From Nitrosopumilaceae archaeon (GTDB lineage Archaea; Thermoproteota; Nitrososphaeria; Nitrososphaerales; Nitrosopumilaceae): a stretch of 64,000 nucleotides of DNA. Location of the stretch: contig OZ242376.1 in assembly GCA_965209085.1 (NCBI GenBank), forward strand, positions 1,056,001-1,120,000, in the 5' to 3' direction. The translations under genes and the position numbers were made by a program. The stretch's first letter is position 1, and each line of letters opens with the position of its first letter. The notes beneath the pieces are model-generated. The model ran no database searches. It saw only the letters and a list, made by a program, of their open reading frames with translations, and had not been told where the DNA came from. Positions 1-9,601 of the stretch are shown here, piece by piece.

Positions 1-706
1 TATAATCGGAAAAGTATACGAATCTTGGATGCAGGTTTAGTGCGACAAAATTTTCCAGTGCTTTTTTGTCAGTCTTGCCTGAAAGCAAATTTTTGAATTG
101 GTTTGTCGGATCTGCATAAATTTTTTCCCATTCTTGCAGTATCATCGGTTCCTGTGATGCGTTTACATGAAACGTGTTGCTAAATTCTGACATTCCGGTA
201 TCAAATTCCTCCTGCGTTTCTGGAGGAGTTTTTTTGAAGAATCCGGTGTCAAGCTGTATGCGTATGTGGTTTGGCAGCGTGTCAAGAAAACCCAGTATTT
301 TTTCAGTAAAGTTATCCCATGAATTTATCTCCTCGTTTGCATCATCGCTTACATCAAGTCCGCCAAAATCGTACACGGGATCCTCGCGCTTGTTTGTTCG
401 CATTATTGTTACCCGTCCCACATCAGGCAGGTTTGGAAATTTATCTTTTATCAGGGAAATTTCTTTATTTGTAAGCTCAAATTCCCCCTCCACTATATTC
501 ATCTCTGATTTTAATTCCTCATCCATCTCATCGCACAGATCCAAATCCGAGAGGGTTTCGGTCCGATTCAACAGCATCAAAGCCTGCAATATGGTGGTCT
601 TGCCGCTTTCGTTTCGCCCCACAAATGCGGCCAGATCCCCCACGGTTATCTCTCCAGAATCGTGTATGCACCGATAGGCGCGTACACGGAATTTACGCAG
701 TCTCAA
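1..706 (-). CDS. AAA/ABC-type ATPase (AAA_15/OLD-like N-terminus), runs off the window start
   Basis: Read manually on the minus strand from TTG at 706: MRLRKFRVRAYRCIHDSGEITVGDLAAFVGRNESGKTTILQAL, with an N-terminal Walker A typical of SMC/OLD-like ATPases. Absent from the ORF track because it has no stop in the window. Confidence 0.75.
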   Translation of the reverse strand, partial: MRLRKFRVRAYRCIHDSGEITVGDLAAFVGRNESGKTTILQALMLLNRTETLSDLDLCDEMDEELKSEMNIVEGEFELTNKEISLIKDKFPNLPDVGRVTIMRTNKREDPVYDFGGLDVSDDANEEINSWDNFTEKILGFLDTLPNHIRIQLDTGFFKKTPPETQEEFDTGMSEFSNTFHVNASQEPMILQEWEKIYADPTNQFKNLLSGKTDKKALENFVALNLHPRFVYFSDY

Positions 707-843
707 TAAGCATAAATCCGATCAATAGAATTTAACACATACGGCAAAAAAAAATCTGACAAAATGGCGATAAATGATGCAGAATTATGCCATGATCAAT
801 ATCTGGCAAAATAGATATATGCTAAAACGACTAGGCGTATATT

Positions 844-1287
844 GTGGCTAGAAATGCAGTTTATGCAGTATTCTTACTCCCGCTCGTTGCAGGCATAGTG
901 TTTGGGGCGGTAGTCTTTGCCCAAGCCACAGAGGAAGGATATTTTTTGGCAGAATCATCTCTTGAACGCAGTGATGGTTCGATTCAGATAAGAGGACTAT
1001 CAAATACGTACTCGCTATCAAACCCAATAGAGATCAGTATCGCCGTTTTGGACAAATCGTACGAATGCGGGGATTTGTACATAACCATACAGGATTCTGC
1101 AGGAAAAACAGTATCCCAAAACGGGTATTTTAAAGAGTGTTTTTCCAACAGCGAGGCAAATCTTCCCACCACTGAGACATATTCTGAAAAGATAGACCAA
1201 AAGGGCAAATACACCATGGAGGCAAAAATGTATGATCGCGATCGCGTAAATTCCATCCATGTAAAAGAAACATTTTACATAAGATAG
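844..1287 (+). CDS. Hypothetical secreted/membrane-anchored protein
   Basis: 147 aa ORF with an N-terminal hydrophobic helix followed by a beta-rich domain. Confidence 0.7.
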   Translation: MARNAVYAVFLLPLVAGIVFGAVVFAQATEEGYFLAESSLERSDGSIQIRGLSNTYSLSNPIEISIAVLDKSYECGDLYITIQDSAGKTVSQNGYFKECFSNSEANLPTTETYSEKIDQKGKYTMEAKMYDRDRVNSIHVKETFYIR

Positions 1288-1353
1288 GTGAACGATATAT
1301 AATGACGCATATACGGGCAATCGTGTGAACAAAATGAGAGAGAGGCTGTATTT

Positions 1354-2364
1354 ATGATGGACGTAATAGAAGAGATTATCAAATTTAGAAAGGATTTAGA
1401 GGATGCAAAAAAAGACGTCAAAGGTATAAACGACAAGAGTAAAAAATCCGCACCGGTGAAAAAAACAAAACCGGTCAAAGGCGCATCCACAAAGGCTGTA
1501 CCAAAAAAGAAACCCCAGATAGTGGAAAAAACAAAACCTATCCCCAAGGCTGCAAAATCGGCACCAAAAAAACAGCCAGTACCTGCAAAGAAGACAAAAG
1601 ATGAACACAAAGCAAAGCCGGCACCAAAAAAACAGCCAGTACCTGCAAAGAAGACAAAAGATGAACACAAAGCAAAGCCTGCTTTGAAAAAACAGCTAGT
1701 ACCTGCAAAGAAAACAAAGCCGACACCAAAAAAACAGCCAGTACCTGCAAAGAAGACAAAACCGGATTTGAAGCAAACTCCCAAAATAAAAAAAACCCCA
1801 GATAAAAAACAGACAGATGGTAAAAAAACTGCAAAGTCACAGGATGTGCCTACAAAGGGTGGAAAATCATCTTTGAAAAAATCAAAAGCTGATGAAAAGA
1901 GTAAACCTGAACCAGAAGAGGAAAAAGATCAGACTCTTGAAGAGCAGATAGAAAAAGAAATGAGCGAAGATGAGATCAAAAATCTTGATATTGAAAAAGC
2001 AAACATGGAGAAAATCACCTACAAGGTCTGTGAATTGCTTGCAACTTTTGCATCAAACACCATGCATCAGAATCAAATTTGGAAAAAAATGAGAATAAAT
2101 GCCAGGGACGGTGCAAGACTTGCTCTAAGACTTGAGAGACGCGGAATAATCAGCAGGGAAAAGATTCTTGACAAAGGGAGATGGACGTACAATCTTACCC
2201 TGGTAAAATCCCCCATCAGTACTGAATCAATAATCAAGGCTCCGTGTCTTACATGCAAGGTTGAACAAAAATGCACGTTAGATGGTGAAGTTAGTCCTAG
2301 AACGTGTCAGTGGATAAACGACTGGGTTTTGATAAAAACTACAGGATCAAAGTCTAAAAAATGA
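1354..2364 (+). CDS. Winged-helix/Cys-cluster transcription-related protein with long Lys/Pro-rich N-terminal repeat region
   Basis: C-terminal wHTH-like segment (RDGARLALRLERRGIISREK) and Cys cluster (PCLTC..KC..PRTC), preceded by a low-complexity PAKKTK repeat region. Stop overlaps the rlmE start (ATGA). Confidence 0.75.
   Translation: MMDVIEEIIKFRKDLEDAKKDVKGINDKSKKSAPVKKTKPVKGASTKAVPKKKPQIVEKTKPIPKAAKSAPKKQPVPAKKTKDEHKAKPAPKKQPVPAKKTKDEHKAKPALKKQLVPAKKTKPTPKKQPVPAKKTKPDLKQTPKIKKTPDKKQTDGKKTAKSQDVPTKGGKSSLKKSKADEKSKPEPEEEKDQTLEEQIEKEMSEDEIKNLDIEKANMEKITYKVCELLATFASNTMHQNQIWKKMRINARDGARLALRLERRGIISREKILDKGRWTYNLTLVKSPISTESIIKAPCLTCKVEQKCTLDGEVSPRTCQWINDWVLIKTTGSKSKK
1561..1765 (+). repeat. 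60-bp coding tandem repeat (APKKQPVPAKKTKDEHKAKP) plus degenerate copies
   Basis: 1561-1620 and 1621-1680 are identical except for the last base; shorter diverged copies follow. Confidence 0.9.
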
Positions 2365-2954
2365 GACCGCATGAGGCAAAACGTGATTTTTTCCGACGTC
2401 TTGCAAAAGAACAGGGATTTAGAAGCCGCGCAGCATACAAATTAAAACAGCTAAACAAGGCATATCGCATAATAGGTCCGGGTTTTGTGGTGCTTGATTT
2501 GGGTTGCGCACCTGGAGGCTGGCTTCAGGTAGCCGTAAAAGCTGCTGGAAACCGCGGCAAAGTGGTTGGCGTTGATGTATCATACGTAGAAGAGGTGCAC
2601 GGTGCTGAAATTTTGCGCTCAGATATAGAGGATGATGGGATACACGATGAGATTGCAAAAGTTATCAGAAGCAAAGTTAATGCTGTAGTATGTGATCTCT
2701 CGCCGCAAGTAATAGGCAGCTGGTCATTGGATCATGCAAGACAGATATCGTTGAATTATAGTGCCGCTGTGATAATGGAGAGGATCATAGCGCAAAAAGG
2801 CAACGCCGTATTCAAAGTCTTTGATGGCCCACATGCGTCCGAATTTGGTGCGTATGTGTCAAAAAAATTTGCAAAGATGAAACTTACAAAACCAATGGCT
2901 AGCAGAAAATCTAGCAGTGAAGTGTACGCCGTGTGTCTTGGATACCACGGTTAG
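2361..2954 (+). CDS. rlmE: 23S rRNA 2'-O-methyltransferase RlmE/FtsJ
   Basis: GFRSRAAYKL, VLDLGCAPGGW, DLSP, KVF and SSEVY motifs (K-D-K-E tetrad). Confidence 0.95.
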   Translation: MRPHEAKRDFFRRLAKEQGFRSRAAYKLKQLNKAYRIIGPGFVVLDLGCAPGGWLQVAVKAAGNRGKVVGVDVSYVEEVHGAEILRSDIEDDGIHDEIAKVIRSKVNAVVCDLSPQVIGSWSLDHARQISLNYSAAVIMERIIAQKGNAVFKVFDGPHASEFGAYVSKKFAKMKLTKPMASRKSSSEVYAVCLGYHG

Positions 2955-4081
2955 AGCATACATTTTGTTATCTGCTCAAATGTGGCGTTTGTTCTAAATC
3001 CGGTGGGATCAAACGAGGTGGGGCTTGCCGCATATCCGGAGCTTTGCAGCCGTTGTATTGCATCTGCAAGCTTTGGAGGTGCAGTTTTGCTTTTTTTTGC
3101 AACCCCATCAAGCGTGTAATAACTTGGAGGTAGTGCAGATTCTGCAGATGATTTTGCAAGGATTTTTGCACAAGTCTTATCCACCGGTAGGTTTTCAGAT
3201 TCGGCAATCATCTGGTTTGTAAATTTTTCATCAAAGAGCCGTCCAATCCAAACAGGGCCAGCTGTTGCCGTATTTTTTTCACAGTAAGGACATGAAAAAT
3301 TTGCACAGTCTGCAATACCCCTATTGCCGCAGTGCGTACAGGAATACACGTATCCGGTTCCTGCCGAACCCGGATGGTTTTTCACTTTTACATATATCCG
3401 GTAATAATGCTGATCACAGTGTACAAAAAGCGGTTCAAATGAACGGTCTATGCGGGCGCACACATGGCCAAGACATCCAAGCATGAGCCGCACACCTATC
3501 TCCATGCCAAATTCGGCATGACGGATTGGCACTCCCCCGTATCTGCGTATGCATGCGGGGTTGAAGAGTCCCCGTAAAACCTGCAAGTCTGTTGCCGTGG
3601 CAGAGAGCATTCCCCCGTGGGCCACAGAGCGCAGCGCACAATCAAAATATTTTGCCGGAGAGCCAAACGGATCTACGTCCGCTGCCATTGCCCGCATTCC
3701 AGTCTCAGAGTGTGATGCCAAAAAACGGCATGCATCCTGGTTTGAGAATTTTGTTTTTTCAAGATTGTTTTTTCTAGAAGATTCCTTTGCCATTTGTATG
3801 GCGTTTGGATTTGCGTCGTTTAATATGACGTTTTCAAATCCATCCAGCTCGTTTGCCACGCGCAATCCCCGCGCTCCAAGGCCGCACAATGCGTCAAGAT
3901 ACGTCAGATCACCCCCATAGTCTTTTGCTAGTGCCGCATACGCCAAAAGTGACATGTCGCGGCTTATGCGCGCCCTAGGGTTGAAAAACGCCGGATTCCT
4001 CGGAGGTGTTTTAGATTCTGCGGATCCTTGTGGTATAAACAGATGTGTTTTGCCTTCTGTTACCAAGACTGTCTTGTTCAT
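2951..4081 (-). CDS. trm1: tRNA (guanine-26-N2)-dimethyltransferase
   Basis: AFFNPR..SRD, DALCGLGARGLR, DVDPFGSP, TATD, Zn ribbon, AGPVWIGRL and GFRTNA motifs. Confidence 0.93.
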   Translation of the reverse strand: MNKTVLVTEGKTHLFIPQGSAESKTPPRNPAFFNPRARISRDMSLLAYAALAKDYGGDLTYLDALCGLGARGLRVANELDGFENVILNDANPNAIQMAKESSRKNNLEKTKFSNQDACRFLASHSETGMRAMAADVDPFGSPAKYFDCALRSVAHGGMLSATATDLQVLRGLFNPACIRRYGGVPIRHAEFGMEIGVRLMLGCLGHVCARIDRSFEPLFVHCDQHYYRIYVKVKNHPGSAGTGYVYSCTHCGNRGIADCANFSCPYCEKNTATAGPVWIGRLFDEKFTNQMIAESENLPVDKTCAKILAKSSAESALPPSYYTLDGVAKKSKTAPPKLADAIQRLQSSGYAASPTSFDPTGFRTNATFEQITKCML

Positions 4082-4514
4082 GTATAATTTCCCACATACG
4101 CTGTATAATTATTGTACGAGATCATTACCGACTGTGCAAATTTCACAACTGTATACTGGCAAATCTTGTGCCTGCCCAGTCTGAGAATGACAGACGAGTG
4201 CGGTGCTGTTCAATCTATGGATGTTAAAAATAGTGTTAAGGGTCTTGGGAAAACTCCATTTAGGAATTATCCAAACAGTCAATAAAATACAATTTTTGTG
4301 ATTCATAATCAGGCTTTACAAATATCTCACATCTGTCAAAATTAAACAAAAGATAGCCTTTACTCTTATGGGGGATGTTCACAATCAACATATGCATGAT
4401 GAGAGGTTAAATTTTCACAAGTGCTTATTTCCTTTTTAAATTGTAAAATGATATCTCGAAAAGGATCACTGATATATTCAAAATCACGATCCCATTCAGA
4501 TCATTTAGGTATAA

Positions 4515-4980
4515 TCATTTTCCAAATCCACGCCAATACACAAATAAAAATAGATTATAATTAAAACTCTTTTTCTTGATCTTCAGTATGTGTCTTGAAT
4601 TTTTCTTCGGCTTTCTCAACTGCCTTGTAATGCCGTTCAGACCATTTGCGTTCCATAATATGATAAACCAAAGATGGTACGTATTATTGTTATCGGTAAA
4701 TAATAGACCTTGTGGCATAATATCATCCAAATTAGTCATTTTTATTCGTAAAAATTGTGAATTTGGTTCATTATGCATGCGATCTAATATTTAAATTCTC
4801 ATTTTGAATCAACATCTTTTACTTATCATCTCGCCCCATTATTATGCCCGCCTTATCAGCTGGCATTTTATCGCCAATACCCTGGACCATAAACTAGAAT
4901 TTTTACAAATCTCCAAAATTATGAGATTATCCAGGATAGATTCCCATAGATATTTGCCAAGAAATTGAACATGAATACGA
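4515..4980 (-). pseudogene. AT-rich degraded coding remnant interrupted by the MITE
   Basis: Only short broken ORFs in an AT-rich gap between trm1 and rnhB; product not recognisable. Confidence 0.3.
4705..4785. mobile_element. Palindromic MITE (about 80 bp), copy 1
   Basis: AGAC...ATCT ends flanked by AAT/AAT, internal imperfect hairpin, homologous to 55177-55254. Confidence 0.75.
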
Positions 4981-5068
4981 CATATTGTACATATTTTGTA
5001 CATGCCATTTTTTTTATCAAGTATATGATGACGGTTTTCTTATATCATGGTATGTGAGGGTTTATTCT

Positions 5069-5677
5069 GTGATAATCTGCGGTGTGGATGAGGCAGGTAG
5101 GGGTCCGATGTTTGGTCCGCTAGTCGTTGCAGGAGTTGCAATAGAGCGCTCAAAGTTGGGCAAGCTTCGCAATCTTGGTCTGAGGGATTCAAAGAAACTA
5201 AGTCCCAAAAGGAGAGAAGAGCTATATTCGGTCATAACAAAGGTGGCCGATGCGTACACCATATCAAGAATACAGCCGCACACCATAGATAAGAGCGTCT
5301 TTAAACACAAGCTGAACGAGCTGGAGGCAAAATTAATGGGCCGCATAATAGATAGACTGTCTGCAGATATTGCATACGTTGACGCATGCGATGTGAATGC
5401 TGCAAGATTTGGCAGAAACGTTGCAAAAATATCCAAAGGTGCGATTGTGCGCTCATATCATAAAGCTGACGACAGATTTGCCATTGTTTCAGCTGCGTCC
5501 ATAATTGCCAAAGTGGCAAGAGACAGGGCGGTTTTGAAACTTGGCATAGATGGAAGCGGTTATCCTTCAGACCCAAAGAGCAAGAGGTATCTTGTACGGT
5601 ACGTCAAAAAATACCACAAAGCCCCATCGTGTGCGCGCCAAAGTTGGAAGCCGGTAAAGATTGCGTTAAAGATCTAA
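5069..5677 (+). CDS. rnhB: Ribonuclease HII
   Basis: GVDEAGRGP, DSKKL, DACD, HKAD...VSAASIIAKV.RD and GSGYPSD motifs; probable GTG start at 5069. Confidence 0.95.
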   Translation: MIICGVDEAGRGPMFGPLVVAGVAIERSKLGKLRNLGLRDSKKLSPKRREELYSVITKVADAYTISRIQPHTIDKSVFKHKLNELEAKLMGRIIDRLSADIAYVDACDVNAARFGRNVAKISKGAIVRSYHKADDRFAIVSAASIIAKVARDRAVLKLGIDGSGYPSDPKSKRYLVRYVKKYHKAPSCARQSWKPVKIALKI

Positions 5678-6378
5678 TGCGCTACAATCATCGCATGATC
5701 TTTGTCGTACGGCAAGAGATCAATTACTTCCAACACGTCCATTTTGCGGGCGATTTTTTCTTTTTCTTCCTTTACCACCTGACTAGGTGTCTTTACAACG
5801 TCTATACTCCTAGTTTTTATCACCAAAAACAGCACTCCCCCCTCCTTTAGATATATTTGACAGTTTTCAAGGACAATCTGCGTCTGATCAGGCTGCGCAA
5901 TGTCAGCGTATACGACATCCACTTTGCCGTATACTGCAGAATATTCCCTAGGGCGCCTTGCATCCTGCAATACTGGAACTATGTTTTTACGGTATGATGC
6001 AACCCTGTCCAAAAAATCACGTGCCACGCGGCTTGCATGCTCTACGCAAAACATCATCCCCTGGGGTCCAACTATGTCCGAGATGTGGCTTGCGGTGGTT
6101 CCAGAAGAGACGCCAAGGTATAGAACCGAGGAGCCGTTTGTAAATGGAAATGTTTCAAGACCGTTTTTAATTGATGCTGCAAGTTTGCTGCGAAATGGAT
6201 CCCATGTACGATATTCAACGCCTTTTTTCTCCACAAGCCGCTCTTTGTATACGGTATTTCCAGGTACGAGGTTTTCTGTTGCAAGATTCATTCGACCGTC
6301 GGAACGCACAAGGTATGTGCCTTTGTGCCTACCTTCTACTAAAGCGCTTCCGCGATTTTGCTCCACGTTTTTTGTCAT
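5674..6378 (-). CDS. flpA: Fibrillarin-like rRNA/tRNA 2'-O-methyltransferase
   Basis: EYRTWDPFRSKLAA, VLYLG..SGTT.SHISD, DIAQPDQ and PYDKDH motifs. Start uncertain (ATG 6378 or GTG 6366); the 577-aa ORF is an artefact of the upstream repeat. Confidence 0.92.
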   Translation of the reverse strand: MTKNVEQNRGSALVEGRHKGTYLVRSDGRMNLATENLVPGNTVYKERLVEKKGVEYRTWDPFRSKLAASIKNGLETFPFTNGSSVLYLGVSSGTTASHISDIVGPQGMMFCVEHASRVARDFLDRVASYRKNIVPVLQDARRPREYSAVYGKVDVVYADIAQPDQTQIVLENCQIYLKEGGVLFLVIKTRSIDVVKTPSQVVKEEKEKIARKMDVLEVIDLLPYDKDHAMIVAH

Positions 6379-8509
6379 CCCCACTAGATCTGCCACCTCT
6401 ACGACCCTGACCTCCGGCACTACCGCCAGATCTGCTCCTATCCCCGTATCCTGTACTGCGGCGTTCGCTACTACGTCCTTCGCGCCAGCCTGAATTAGAA
6501 TCACCATCATTTTGCGTTCTTTTGTATCCACCGCCACGATAGCCATCATGAGTCTCATTTGTATCGCGTCTGCCTCTAAAACCGCCCCGGTCATCATCCC
6601 TGCCGTATCCGCCAGAATCACTATCGCTACGCTTTTTGAATTTATCAAATCCGCCCCGATCATCATTTCGGCGGAATCCTCCCGAATCACGATCGTCGCG
6701 CTTTTTGAATTTATCAAATCCGCCCCGATCATCATCTCGGCGGAATCCTCCTCGGTCATCATTTCGGCGGAATCCTCCCGAATCACGATCGTCGCGCTTT
6801 TTGAATTTATCAAATCCGCCCCGATCATCATCTCGGCGGAATCCTCCTCGGTCATCATTTCGGCGGAATCCTCCTCGGTCATCATCCTTACGGAATCCTC
6901 CCTGGTCATCATTTCGGCGGAATCCTCCCGAATCACGATCGCCGCGCTTTTTGAATTTATCAAATCCGCCCCGATCATCATTTCGGCGGAATCCTCCTCG
7001 GTCATCATCCTTACGGAATCCTCCCCGGTCATCATTTCGGCGGAATCCTCCTCGGTCATCATCCTTACGGAATCCTCCCCGGTCATCATTTCTGCGGAAT
7101 CCTCCCGAATCACGATCGCCGCGCTTTTTGAATTTATCAAAACCGCCTCGGTCATCATTTCGGCGGAATCCTCCTCGGTCATCATCCTTACGGAATCCTC
7201 CCGAATCACGATCGCCGCGCTTTTTGAATTTATCAAATCCGCCCCGGTCATCATCTCGGCCGGATCCTCCATCTTTATTTCCAAAACTTTCACGTGTTTT
7301 ATTTTCCCGATCTGGTTTGAAATTGTCTTTTTTTGCACCCCGTTCCTTAAATCCGCTGCCGCGTTCACTGTTTGTCGTATCCGATTTGGGTTCTGGCGGT
7401 TCGTCATATTTTGTGCTAATTTCAGTTATGCGTATATTTAGTTTCTCCATGAGCGTATTGTTTATGCCGTTGCCGTATACGTCCACGCGTGCGGCTATGA
7501 CAGCTTTTGCCGCCACTGCTCGCGCAATTTTACCCCTCTGCCATCGCGGAGCTGCATGAACTAGTGCGTGCTGGAACAACAGTCCGTGTTTTGGAGGTGG
7601 CGCTCCGGTTTTTAACGAACGAAATAGTGCCCGTTCTGCTCCAATCACCTGTATTGTACTAGCAGGTAAGGATGAGAGTTTTTTTAGACTTCCGGTTCTA
7701 GCAAGTATGCGGGCTGCCACACCAGTTCCAAGTATGATGGCAAGATTTGGAGCCACATTGTTCATTTCTTTTTCAAGATGATTTTCCAAGTTTTTTCTCA
7801 GATCAAGCATATCCAACATTCTTTGTGCAAGAGACTTTACTATTGCAAGATTTTCATCGGATATTTCCCCTCCGCGGCTTTTTTCCTGCACCACGTTGAG
7901 CATGTTTACCTTGGATTCGGGAAATCCAGCTTCGGTAAATGTAGCCTCGTTTAGATCTTCTCTTCGCCCAGATGCTGCTATTTTCGAATATCCTGCAATG
8001 CCGTCTATTATGTTATCTAGTTCCGGAAAGTGCAGACCGTACCATTCACGCAGTCTTGAACTTAGTGCATTGCACACTTTGTCCACCTCATCCAGTGTGT
8101 TTATCGACTGTATTACGTGCAGATCAGGACTGCTTGAAACCTCGGTAACTTTTGATGATGAAAGTGACATTGCAAAGTTGCGCAGTTTTTCAAGAGCGTC
8201 TTTTTCATCGGATGCAAATCCAGATTCTACCAGTATTTTTGGTTTTTCCATCTGTATTTTTTTCATATAATCCTCGTCTGCCATCCGCACGTCTATGGAT
8301 TCATTTTTTAGCATCATCATGAGTGATTCATCAGTTATCAAAAATCCAGTCTGCTCTTTTGCCAAATGATCTACCAAATCAGACGGGAGTGATTTTTTCT
8401 GTTTTATTGCAACGTATTCTGCCGCAGGGTCTGCAAACGGTATGGTATGTAATTTTACATCATCCTTGTATACGACTATTCCAAGCTCTGTGAGTACGAC
8501 TGTATGCAT
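6329..8509 (-). CDS. nop5: Box C/D snoRNP protein Nop5 (Nop56/58) with long C-terminal RGG-repeat tail
   Basis: LREWYGLHFPEL, APNL, PASTIQVIGAE.ALF, PKHG and RGKIAR motifs; about 350 aa low-complexity tail. Confidence 0.93.
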   Translation of the reverse strand: MHTVVLTELGIVVYKDDVKLHTIPFADPAAEYVAIKQKKSLPSDLVDHLAKEQTGFLITDESLMMMLKNESIDVRMADEDYMKKIQMEKPKILVESGFASDEKDALEKLRNFAMSLSSSKVTEVSSSPDLHVIQSINTLDEVDKVCNALSSRLREWYGLHFPELDNIIDGIAGYSKIAASGRREDLNEATFTEAGFPESKVNMLNVVQEKSRGGEISDENLAIVKSLAQRMLDMLDLRKNLENHLEKEMNNVAPNLAIILGTGVAARILARTGSLKKLSSLPASTIQVIGAERALFRSLKTGAPPPKHGLLFQHALVHAAPRWQRGKIARAVAAKAVIAARVDVYGNGINNTLMEKLNIRITEISTKYDEPPEPKSDTTNSERGSGFKERGAKKDNFKPDRENKTRESFGNKDGGSGRDDDRGGFDKFKKRGDRDSGGFRKDDDRGGFRRNDDRGGFDKFKKRGDRDSGGFRRNDDRGGFRKDDDRGGFRRNDDRGGFRKDDDRGGFRRNDDRGGFDKFKKRGDRDSGGFRRNDDQGGFRKDDDRGGFRRNDDRGGFRRDDDRGGFDKFKKRDDRDSGGFRRNDDRGGFRRDDDRGGFDKFKKRDDRDSGGFRRNDDRGGFDKFKKRSDSDSGGYGRDDDRGGFRGRRDTNETHDGYRGGGYKRTQNDGDSNSGWREGRSSERRSTGYGDRSRSGGSAGGQGRRGGRSSGDDKKRGAKSRKRFSRR
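6580..7260 (-). repeat. Coding tandem array of 27-bp and 42-bp units (DDRGGFRR[ND] / RGGFDKFKKRGDRD)
   Basis: About 22 xGG[FY] units counted in the translation, 6 of them with DKFKK. Confidence 0.92.
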
Positions 8510-8695
8510 GATGCCCCTCTGCCATGTGGCATTAAATACGTAGTTAGAGATACTCTAGTACACCATGCTAAAAGATTGAATTTATTCCAATTTACGGCAC
8601 AGGCGTCAGAGCCGCAACTTTTGTGGATAAACGTATCCTGTTACACGTGCTTTATGCCAAACTGTTAATATGCCAAAACCTGCAAATTGATACGA

Positions 8696-9601
8696 ATGCC
8701 CAGCCTTGCTACAAACTTTGGCAGCATCAGCCTTGAAAAACCAACAATGCTAGCTTCGGGAATTTTAGGCATATCCGTTGAAATATTCAAACGTATCTTC
8801 GAATCAGGCGCCGGCGCGGTGGTTTCAAAATCACTGAGTACAAAACCGTGGCAGGGATACCACAATCCAACATTTGTAGGACTTGGAAACGGCGGCTGGA
8901 TAAACGCAATAGGTCTCTCAAATCCAGGGGCTGCAGAATTTGCAGAAATTATCAAGGACAATAAAGTGCCAATTATAATCAGCATGGTTGGATCTGATCC
9001 GTCGGATTTTACAGAGATGGTTAAAAAATTTCACGGGATGAATGTTACAGCGTACGAGCTAAATCTCTCCTGCCCGCATGTGGCAAAGGTGGGATTGGAG
9101 GTTGGAGATGATCCGGAACTTGTATCAAAGATTACCGCGGCTGCAAAGTCTGCATCTAGCGTGCCGGTGATAGCAAAGGTGGGTCTTGGAACTACAAACT
9201 ATCTCTCAACTGCAGAAGCTGCCATTGGTGCCGGAGCTGATGCAATAACGGCAATAAACACACTTCGTGCAATGGCAATAGATGTAGAATCCAAAAAACC
9301 CGTGTTAAGCAATGTGTTTGGGGGATTATCAGGTGCGCCGATAAAACCTGTTGCCGTCAGATGCGTGCATGAGATATCTGAAAAATTTGATATTCCGGTA
9401 ATAGGATGCGGTGGCATTGCATCATGGGAGGATGCTGCAGAGTTCATTCTAGCAGGCGCCTCAGCTGTGCAGATAGGCAGCGCCATAGGAGAGTATGGAA
9501 TAAGCATCTTTGGAGAAATAAACGACGGACTTGGAAAATATATGGATAGGAAAGGATTTGGATCCATTGCAGACATGGTGGGACAAGTTGAGAAATCCTA
9601 A
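8696..9601 (+). CDS. pyrD: Dihydroorotate dehydrogenase, catalytic subunit (family 1B)
   Basis: ASGILG, NAIGLSNPG, ELNLSCPH, INT, GGLSG and GCGGI motifs. Confidence 0.95.
   Translation: MPSLATNFGSISLEKPTMLASGILGISVEIFKRIFESGAGAVVSKSLSTKPWQGYHNPTFVGLGNGGWINAIGLSNPGAAEFAEIIKDNKVPIIISMVGSDPSDFTEMVKKFHGMNVTAYELNLSCPHVAKVGLEVGDDPELVSKITAAAKSASSVPVIAKVGLGTTNYLSTAEAAIGAGADAITAINTLRAMAIDVESKKPVLSNVFGGLSGAPIKPVAVRCVHEISEKFDIPVIGCGGIASWEDAAEFILAGASAVQIGSAIGEYGISIFGEINDGLGKYMDRKGFGSIADMVGQVEKS

Noticed and set aside
174-677. 167-aa plus-strand ORF, and similar antisense ORFs such as 1275-1784, 45566-46483 and 46603-47064
   Set aside because: Shadow ORFs opposite well-supported genes.
6580-7260. Possible CRISPR array
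   Set aside because: Units are multiples of 3, contiguous, lack unique spacers and are protein-coding; no cas genes seen.
5674-7407. 577-aa fibrillarin with long N-terminal extension, and plus-strand ORFs 6512-7441 and 6636-7559
   Set aside because: Alternative frames of the stop-free Nop5 repeat; only the Nop5 frame is continuous with a recognised protein.
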